From NCBI GenBank assembly GCA_963730265.1, contig CAVSRG010000002.1:377884-441883 (forward strand): a stretch of DNA of 64,000 nucleotides. The letters are read 5' to 3'. Below the pieces are notes generated by a model, which had not been told where the DNA came from, did not search any database, and saw nothing but the letters and a program-made list of their open reading frames with translations. A program made the position numbers and the translations under genes. Positions 54,628-62,114 of the stretch are shown in pieces. How positions within the stretch are numbered: the first letter of the stretch is position 1; each line of letters begins with the position of its first letter. This stretch comes from an uncultured Actinomycetota bacterium (lineage in GTDB: Bacteria > Actinomycetota > Actinomycetes > Streptosporangiales > Streptosporangiaceae).

Positions 54628-54904
54628 CTCCTCGGGCCGATACCAGGCTAGCTCGCGCTAAGCCTGGTCCCGCACCAGCCACGGAGACGGTCACGCTGAT
54701 CTGGCTCTGGGAGCGCGCCCGTCGCGGGCAGCCCGCCGGAGAAACCGCCAGCTTCCAGCTGGGACTCCAGCAAGCCGCCCGCCCTGGGAACGCCCGGTGA
54801 CTGGCCTGGCCGTCGCCCGCGGCGGACGGCTCGGCCCCGGAATCCACGCTGACCACCCGGCACCCGACTAGCCGAAGGCCACTACGCGGAAGGAAGGTCC
54901 TGGA

Positions 54905-55165
54905 TTACCACATCCAGGGCATGATGATGACGGAGCCGGTCGCGTGCGATTTCGCGACGGAGACGGTACCGGCTTTAGCGGCATTGTGGCTCGCGGCGCC
55001 ATGGAATGACGATAGGGCGGCGGCAGCGGTGAGACCGAGGATGGCGAGAGCCACGACGATAATGCCGCGCGCCGCGCGGAGACGAGCCGATGAATTGCGG
55101 GGCGAATTGCGGACCGGCCGACCATCCCGGGCGATTACGGGCAGCGACCACTGACTAATCTTCAC
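54905..55165 (-). CDS. Small signal-anchored or secreted peptide ending ...VIIMPWMW
   Basis: 86-aa ORF starting at a GTG with AGAGGA 8 nt upstream. It has a basic N-region containing a 12-bp duplication (RNSP/RNSS), the hydrophobic helix GIIVVALAILGLTAAAAL, and a ~33-aa tail. It sits in AT-richer surroundings. Confidence 0.4.
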   Translation of the reverse strand: MKISQWSLPVIARDGRPVRNSPRNSSARLRAARGIIVVALAILGLTAAAALSSFHGAASHNAAKAGTVSVAKSHATGSVIIMPWMW

Positions 55166-55865
55166 AGCAAGATCCTCTCGCTACATAGAGATAGCAGAGT
55201 CTTCTACACGCCCCGCAGAGAAAGTACACCACTATCCAACTCGTGGTGTGGCATTTGGATCGATCCACGGAAAAACCCGGTCAGTCGTACCGGGACGCCA
55301 TCCCGAATGCAATCGATCGCAGATTGGGGACCGGGTTATATAGCTTGGCTTCGGCGCAGGCCACGAGGGATCCAGGAATCACCGGGATCGCCTCGTCGGG
55401 ACCTCCTGCGGTGACCGCGTGCGGTCGAGCGGAACCGAGCTCGATGAGTGACGCGGGCGACTGGGAATAGCGGCGACCGCACGCTGTTATGTAAATTCTT
55501 TCTCTCAGCTCACATAAGCAACGACAGCACCACGGGCAACTTCAGCACCTCGAGCTGCGCTGGACTACTGGCTATTCAAATGGCCCCAGCAACACCAGCC
55601 ACGCTGCGTGTACGCTCGGGGAGCCGCGTTCCGGGCGACCAATTCGGCTCCGCACATCCGAAATTGCACATTGCAGCGAGACTTGTGTCGGCAGCATTGG
55701 GGTAATTCCTAAAGTAAGTTCCGCTATTTCCATTCTTTAGCCTCAGGCAGTTAGAATACGCATAGGAACCCCCCGCAAGGGGCATTAAACCGGCGACTGG
55801 ATCGACAGATCTTAGACTCGTATCAGCGGCTACTGTCTGCGAGCGGCAGAAGATGCTAGGCGATC

Positions 55866-58800
55866 ATGGAATTCCGGACGCTCGGACCGATTGAGCTGTG
55901 GTCGGCTGGTCAGCCCCATGACCTCGGCTCGGCCCGGCTGCGCTGCGCGCTGGCCGTACTCCTGCTGGCGCCGGGCACGATCGTGTCGGCCGATACGTTG
56001 ATCGACCGCCTCTGGGACACCCATCCGCCGCCGAAGGCCAGGGAAAGCCTGTCGGTCTACATGGCCCGGCTCCGGGTGTCGCTGCGCCAGGCGGTCGGCG
56101 ACCACGTGCAGCTGATCGGCCGCACCAGGGGCTACGTGCTCCAGGTCGATCCCGACGCCATCGACGTGCATCAGTTCCGCCGGCTGCGCCGGCAGGCGGA
56201 CTCGCTGGCGGCCAGCGGCGACCACGCCCGCGCGGCCGAATTGCTGCACGAGGCGGACGGGCTGTGGCACGGCCAGGCGCTGACCGGGATCCGGGGCGAC
56301 TGGGTCGAGCGGATGCGCGACAGCCTGGAGGAAGAGCGCCGGGCGGCGCTCCTGGAGCGGGTGGAGTGCGAGCTGGCGCTGGGCCTGGCACGCCGACCTG
56401 GTCGGCGAGCTGCACCACCTGCTGGCCCAGTACCCGCTGGACGAGACGTTCATCGGCCAGCAGATGACCGCCCTGTACCGCAGCGGCCGCCCGGGTGATG
56501 CCCTGAGCCTGTACCGGGACACCCGGCACCGGCTCGTCGAGGAGCAGGGCACCGAGCCCGGATCGGCGCTGGCCGAGCTGCACCAGCGCATCCTGGGCCG
56601 GGATCCGGCGCTGGCCGTGCACGGGGCCGTCCAGCGCCCGGTCCGGGCGGCGCCGACCGACACGCTGCCGCCCGAGACGGCGCCGTTCGTGGGCCGGGGC
56701 GAGGAACTGGCTCAGCTCCTGGGACCGCCCGGCCCGGGCCCCCGGGTCGTCGTCATCGAGGGCATGCCGGGCGTCGGCAAGACCGCGCTGGCCGTGCACG
56801 CCGCCCGTCAGCTCGGCGACGAGTACCCGGACGGGCGGCTCTACCTCAATCTGCGGGCCCAGGAAACCGGCCGCCCCTCGCTCGACGCGGCCGAGGCGCT
56901 GCACCGCCTGCTGCGCATGCTGGCGGTGCCGGCCGAGCAGATACCGGACCTGCTCAGCGACCGGGTCGCGCTGTGGCGGGCTCAGCTCAGCCGCCGCCAG
57001 GCCGTGGTGATCCTCGACGACGTGACCCAGCATGACCAGATCCGCCCGCTGCTGCCGGCGACCGGCCAGAGCCTGATCCTGGTCACCACCCGGCGGCTGC
57101 TCGGCCTGGGCGAGGCCCGCACGCTGACCCTGGACGTGCTATCCCGCGACGACGCCGTGGCGCTGTTCCGGCGGGACGCGGGCGGCGAGCGCGCCGGGGA
57201 CTCTGACCAGGTCGCCGAGGTGGTGAACCTGTGCGGGCGGCTGCCGCTGGCCATCCAGCTCGCGGCCGGGCGGGCCGCGCACGACCAGGCGCTGCGGCTG
57301 GGCGACCTGATCGCGGAATTGTCGCAGTCCCCGACCCGGCTGGGCGGAACGGGCGCCGCCAGCCCGGAGGTCATCTCGGCCTTTGACCTGTCCTACGGCG
57401 CGCTGGAGCCGGATCACCAGCGGTTCTTCCGGCGGCTGGGGGTCAGCCCGTGCACGAGCTTCGGCCTGCCGGCCGCGGCCGCGCTGAGCGGTGCCACCCC
57501 GGCCGAGGCGGAGAAGGCCCTGACCACCCTGCTCGATCATCACCTGCTGGCCAGGGCCGCGGACGACCAGTACCGCTTCCACGACCTCATCCGCGGCTAC
57601 GCGGCCGTGCGGGCGGCCCGCGACGATCCCGAGGCCGAGCAGCGTCAGGCCGTCGGCCGGCTGCTCGGCTACTACCTGGACGCGACCGCACGCGCGCAGG
57701 AGGGCCTGGGGCACCGGGAGGACGCGACCGCCTGGCTGGAGGCGGAGTGGCGGAACATCCTGCAGGCCGCCCGGCACGCGGGGCAGTTCGACTGGAAGCG
57801 CAACTGCGCCGACCTGACCCACCTGCTGGCCGAGTTCCTGGAGATCAAGGCGTGCTGGGACGAGGCCATGTCGGCCCATTCCCTGGCCCTCAAGGCCGCC
57901 CGCGACCTGGCCGACCCGGGCCGGATCGCGCTGGCGTCCCTGGACCTCAGCGCGGTGTACCAGCAGCTCGGACGGCACGATGCTTCCCGGCCGCCAGCCG
58001 AGGAGGCGGCGGGAATCTACCGCTCGCTGGCCGACCGGGGCGGAGAGGCCAAGGCCGTCGACCGGATTGGCATGGCCCACCAGCGCGTGGCCCGCTCCCG
58101 CGAGGCCCTGGCCTATTTCCATGAGGCCCAGAATCTCTACGAGGAGGCCGACGACCAGCTCGGCGTGGCGGGCGCACTTGGTCACGCCGGAATCGCCTGC
58201 TGGCATCTGGGCCGCGGTTCCGAGGCCCAGGAACACCTGAAAGAAGCGGTGCGGCTGTACCGCGAGGAGGGCGACCAGCGCGGTGAGGCCAAGGCGCTGA
58301 ACAACCTCGGGCGGATTTACCTGTATTGCGGATATCACCGGGACGCGCTCGAGTCCTACGAGCGGTCGCTGCAGATATTCAAGGAGATAGGCGGAAAGCA
58401 GAACCAGGCGATCCTGCATCACAATATCGGCAGCGTCTACCACTACAAGGGCAGCTACGAGGAAGGTCTCGCGCACTGCCGCCAGGCGCTGGCGATATAC
58501 CGCGAGATCGGCGATCTGCCCGACGAGGCCGACGTGCTCAATGACATCGGCGCCATCTACCAGAGCGCGGCCTGCTACGAAGAGGCGCTTGTTCATCACG
58601 AGAACGCGCAGCGGATCGCCGAGCAGACCGGAAACCTGGCCCAGCGGCTGGTCGCGCTGCGCCGCATCGCCGACATCCATCGCGGGTCCGGCCGGTACGA
58701 GCAGGCGGTCGAGCACTACCGGACCGCGCTCACGCTGGTCCGGGAGCTCGGGGACGCCTACGAGGAAGGCAAGATCCTCGAGGGCATCGCCGAGTGCACC

Positions 58801-58947
58801 CTCAGCACCCAGCGCCCCGACGCGGCGCGAATCGTCTTCCGCCAGGCGCTCGACATCTTCGACCGGCTCGGCGTGCCCGAGGCGGAGTCGGCGCGGATCC
58901 GCATCGACACCCTGGATCCGTCGTACGGACTGCGCATCTCCTCCTGA
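55866..58947 (+). pseudogene. AfsR-like SARP regulator (OmpR-type wHTH + BTAD + NB-ARC ATPase + TPR), frameshifted in the BTAD domain
   Basis: ORF 55866..56498 reads MEFRTLGPIELW...RGYVLQVDPDAIDVHQFRRL...ECELALG and then junk. The frame of ORF 56464..58947 read upstream gives HADLVGELHHLLAQYPLDETFIGQQMTALYRSGRPGDAL. P-loop GMPGVGKTALA and about 8 TPRs follow. The break is at about 56384-56388. Confidence 0.85.
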
Positions 58948-59080
58948 GATCCCCCGGCGGTCTCCCGGAGCCCCCGGCCGTGTGAGCTGGACGGCAAGGC
59001 AGGCGTCAAGGCGAGTGCAACCCGGCGCGACCAGGCTGTTAGTCGAGCCGCCCAGCCCGTCCTGACCCCAGGGAGTCGCC

Positions 59081-60346
59081 ATGGGCCTGAACCAAGGCCG
59101 GTCCGCATCGGATTTCCGCCGCTGGATCCCTGGCCGGGTCCGGCCGCGCGGCCGGGCCCGCGAGCAGGCGCCGGATGCGGAGGCGGCGCCCCGCCCGGCC
59201 TTCCTGGCCTGCCCGGTGGACGACGATGGGGACGACTTCACGGCCAGCTTCGCCGCGGACCTGCGGCTGCTGTGCGCCGGGCGGTCGCTGGGGGTGGACG
59301 ACCGCTTCGCCCTGGACAGCCTGCTGGTGAGCGCCGAGCGGTTCATCACCCTGTTCCACAGCGAGACGCGCGCCGGGGCGCCCGACCGGCGGCTGTGGCA
59401 GGTGCGGCGGGAGGTGGAGCGCACGGGGACCTACCGTCACACGGCCGCCGAGCTGGCCTTCGGGGCCCGGGTGGCCTGGCGCAACAGCTCCCGCTGCGGC
59501 GGGCGGCCGATCTGGCGGAGCCTGCGGGTGCGGGACCGCCGCGAGGTGACGGCGGCGCCGGACATCGCGGCCGAGTCCGTCGCGCACCTGCGCGAGGCGA
59601 CCAACGGCGGCCGGATCCGGCCGGTGATCACCATCTTCGCGCCCGACGCGCCGGGCCTGCCGGGCCCGCGGATCGTCAGCCCCCAGCTCGTCCGCTACGC
59701 CTGCCACCAGGCCGCCGGCGGACCGGTCACCGGGGATCCGGTGAACGCCGACCTCACCCGGCTGGCCCGCGAGGTCGGCTGGCCGGGCGGCCGTACGGGC
59801 GGCCCGTTCGACATCCTGCCGCTGCTGGTGGCCGAGCCCGGCGGCCAGATCACGTGGCATGAGCTGCCCCGCGACGCGGTGCTGGAGGTGGGCATCCGGC
59901 ACCCGGACTTCGGCTGGTTCGCCGATCTGGGCCTGCGCTGGTACGCGGTTCCGGTGACCAGCGACATGTACCTGGACATCGGCGGCGTCTGCTATCCGGC
60001 GGTGCCGTTCAACGGCTGGTACGTGTGCACCGAGATCGGCTCGCAGGACCTGGGCGGCACCGCGCGCTACGACCAGCTGCCGGTGATCGCCGAGCGCATG
60101 GGCCTGTCCACCGGCAGCGACCAGACGCTGTGGAAGGACAAGGCCATGACCGAGCTCAACCTGGCCGTGCTGCACTCGTTCAACGCCGACGGAGTCACGA
60201 TCACCGATCACCATGCCGAGTCGGTCCGCTCCTGGTCGGCGACGCCGGTCTTCCCCCGTTACTACGAGGACTTCAGCCAGACGCCGAACTTCTACCAGCA
60301 CCCGGTGTCGCTGCGGCTGAAGTCGGCGGGCCTGCCGCTGGAGTAG
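59081..60346 (+). CDS. Nitric oxide synthase oxygenase-domain homologue (divergent)
   Basis: 421-aa ORF with GGGAG upstream of the ATG. It is collinear with bacterial NOS: TGTYRHTAAELAFGARVAWRNSSRCGGRPIW (heme Cys at 59495-59497), RIRPVITIF, FDILPLLV, WYAVPVTSDM, PFNGWYVCTEIG, LWKDKA, ITDHH, TPVF...PNFYQ. Confidence 0.85.
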   Translation: MGLNQGRSASDFRRWIPGRVRPRGRAREQAPDAEAAPRPAFLACPVDDDGDDFTASFAADLRLLCAGRSLGVDDRFALDSLLVSAERFITLFHSETRAGAPDRRLWQVRREVERTGTYRHTAAELAFGARVAWRNSSRCGGRPIWRSLRVRDRREVTAAPDIAAESVAHLREATNGGRIRPVITIFAPDAPGLPGPRIVSPQLVRYACHQAAGGPVTGDPVNADLTRLAREVGWPGGRTGGPFDILPLLVAEPGGQITWHELPRDAVLEVGIRHPDFGWFADLGLRWYAVPVTSDMYLDIGGVCYPAVPFNGWYVCTEIGSQDLGGTARYDQLPVIAERMGLSTGSDQTLWKDKAMTELNLAVLHSFNADGVTITDHHAESVRSWSATPVFPRYYEDFSQTPNFYQHPVSLRLKSAGLPLE

Positions 60347-60391
60347 CCGCCGGGCCTGACGGGCCCGCCGCTTGCTGCGGGCGGCCGGGGT

Positions 60392-60925
60392 CTAGGCGGG
60401 CGGCGGGTCCGGCCAGGGCCGGGCCAGCGGGAGGGGCTCGTCGGAGCGCCAGGTCCGGATCCAGGCCTCCTCGTCCCTGGTGACGGTCGCGCCGCAGGCG
60501 GCGCAGGTCCGGCCCGTGCGGATCTCGCCGCCACAGCCGGCGTGCACGCTGACCAGCGGCGAGTTGGGGGCGGCACCCTGGGTGTACTGGTGCCCCCAGT
60601 CCGCCAGCGCGCGCAGCATCGGGGCCAGGTCGGCGCCCGCCTGGGTCAGCCGGTACTCCTGCCGCTGCCGCCGCCCGTCGTGGTAGGGCACCTTGACCAG
60701 GACGCCGTGCTCGGTCAGCCGCCGCAGGCGGTCGGCCAGGATGTTGTCCGCGATCCCCAGGCGGTCGCGGAACTCATCGAACCGTCGCACCCCCACGGTG
60801 GCCTCGCGCAGGATCAGCAGAACCCAGCGATCGCCGAGCAGCCAGCCCGCCCGGCCGATGGGGCATCCCCGGCTCTCGTGTCCCCCCGGCGCCGGCCGGG
60901 CCGGGGCGTCATTTTCGGCTTTCAT
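60392..60925 (-). CDS. HxlR family winged-helix transcriptional regulator
   Basis: 177-aa ORF reading CPIGRAGWLLGDRWVLLILREATVGVRRFDEFRDRLGIADNILADRLRRLTEHGVL. It has a C-terminal Cys-rich extension (HAGCGG...CAACG). Confidence 0.85.
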   Translation of the reverse strand: MKAENDAPARPAPGGHESRGCPIGRAGWLLGDRWVLLILREATVGVRRFDEFRDRLGIADNILADRLRRLTEHGVLVKVPYHDGRRQRQEYRLTQAGADLAPMLRALADWGHQYTQGAAPNSPLVSVHAGCGGEIRTGRTCAACGATVTRDEEAWIRTWRSDEPLPLARPWPDPPPA

Positions 60926-60990
60926 ATTGCAAGTCTAGCTCGATCTGCGCTAGCTTGTCATCTGAAAGTCAGCAGCCTCTGGAGGTTCAG

Positions 60991-61857
60991 GTGACCACCA
61001 CCGTCATAGGCGCCACCGGCCGCACCGGCAGCGCCGTCGTCCATCGCCTGCTCGACGCCGACCAGGCCGTGCGCGTCCTGGTGCGCGACCCCGGTAAGGC
61101 CCGCCAGCTGTTCGGCGAGGCCCCCCGGCTGGAGGTCGTCGCGGCCCGGCTCGACGACCCCGCGGCGGTCGCCGCCGGGCTCAAGGGCGCCGACACGACA
61201 TTCATCGCGATGGGCTCCGTCGGGCTCGAGGCCAACTTGCAGCGGGTCGCGATCCAGGCCGCCGCGACCGTCCCGGACCTGCGCCAGCTTGTCCGGCTGT
61301 CCGTGCTGAACGCCGGGCCCGACTCGCTCGGCATCAACCAGCGCGGCCACTGGAGCATCGACTTCGCGGCCCAGGTGGCCGGCGTCCCCTACACCACCAT
61401 CCGGCCCGCCATCTACTCGGCGTCGCTGCTGGTGGCCGCCCCCGAGATCAAGGCCAGCCGGACCTGGACCGGGCTGGCCGACGCCGGCCGCGTCGCCCTC
61501 AGCGACTACCGCGACGTGGCCGACGTCGCCGTCCGCGTCCTGGCTGACCCGGCCACCTGGGGACGGCACCACGACCTCACCGGACCGCGGCTGGTGAGCT
61601 GGCCCGAGGCCCTGGAGGTGCTGTCCGCCGAGCTCGGCGAGACAGTGACGTTCCGCACCACGGACGCCTTCGGGCTGGTCCGCGGGCTGACCCGGGCCGG
61701 CGTGCCCGCCGGGCAGGCGGAGCTGCTCGTCACCCGGGAGTGGGCGATCCTGGCCGGCGAGAACGAGCGCATCACGACCGCGGTGCGCGACCTGGCCGGC
61801 CATGAGCCGCGGACCCTCGAGGCCTTCCTGCACGAGAACCATGACCTGTTCCGCTGA
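60991..61857 (+). CDS. NmrA-like / atypical SDR NAD(P)H-binding protein
   Basis: Lies in ORF 60955..61857, with GTG 60991 five nt after GGAGG. N-terminal Rossmann motif: VIGATGRTGSAVVHRLL. It is divergent from the HxlR gene. Confidence 0.8.
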   Translation: MTTTVIGATGRTGSAVVHRLLDADQAVRVLVRDPGKARQLFGEAPRLEVVAARLDDPAAVAAGLKGADTTFIAMGSVGLEANLQRVAIQAAATVPDLRQLVRLSVLNAGPDSLGINQRGHWSIDFAAQVAGVPYTTIRPAIYSASLLVAAPEIKASRTWTGLADAGRVALSDYRDVADVAVRVLADPATWGRHHDLTGPRLVSWPEALEVLSAELGETVTFRTTDAFGLVRGLTRAGVPAGQAELLVTREWAILAGENERITTAVRDLAGHEPRTLEAFLHENHDLFR

Positions 61858-61892
61858 CGAAACCGGCTGTCGGTCTCGGCCACCGGTCCCGG

Positions 61893-62111
61893 CTAACGAC
61901 CCGGCTTTGTCCCGGCCGTGGCGATGATGTCGAGGGTCGGGAAGTAGGTCCGGTACCGGCGGGCATAGCGGGTCAGCAACCGGTAGCGCGCCACCGCGGC
62001 GTGCGCGCCGATGTAGAAATCCGGCATCGGGGATCGCTTGTCACCGCCGCCGCGCCGGTACCGCAGGAATGCCTTGCCGGCCGCGAAGCCCACCGCATAG
62101 GGCAGTGGCTC
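61893..62111 (-). pseudogene. PIN-domain (VapC-type) toxin gene remnant, C-terminal half only
   Basis: The frame reads EPLPYAVGFAAGKAFLRYRRGGGDKRSPMPDFYIGAHAAVARYRLLTRYARRYRTYFPTLDII, which matches the VapC C-terminal pattern (YRR.GG....DF.IGAHA....LLTRD..RY.TYFP). The N-terminal half is missing, cut off by an in-frame TAG at 62112-62114. The TRD Asp is replaced by Tyr. Confidence 0.6.
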
Positions 62112-62114
62112 CTA

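Noticed and set aside
55092-55112. A direct repeat, GAATTGCGG x2, considered as a SARP-type heptamer-repeat binding site.
   Set aside because: The period is 12 bp (four codons: RNSP/RNSS), not 11 bp. It lies inside the small ORF, downstream of its start, so it is better explained as a coding duplication.
55576-55785. A 69-aa Cys-containing ORF (MPLAGGSYAYSNCLRLKNGNSG...CNFGC) considered as a possible RiPP precursor. Neighbouring ORFs at 55243..55470 and 55448..55705 were considered too.
   Set aside because: None has a Shine-Dalgarno sequence, GC3 is low and unlike host genes, and there is no leader or core logic or adjacent maturase. They are treated as non-coding pending conservation data.
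60926-60990. An imperfect inverted repeat, CAAGTCTAGC-N9-GCTAGCTTG, in the HxlR/NmrA divergent promoter, considered as an operator feature.
   Set aside because: One arm has an extra base and the arms are short. It is plausible but too weak to list as a feature without binding data.
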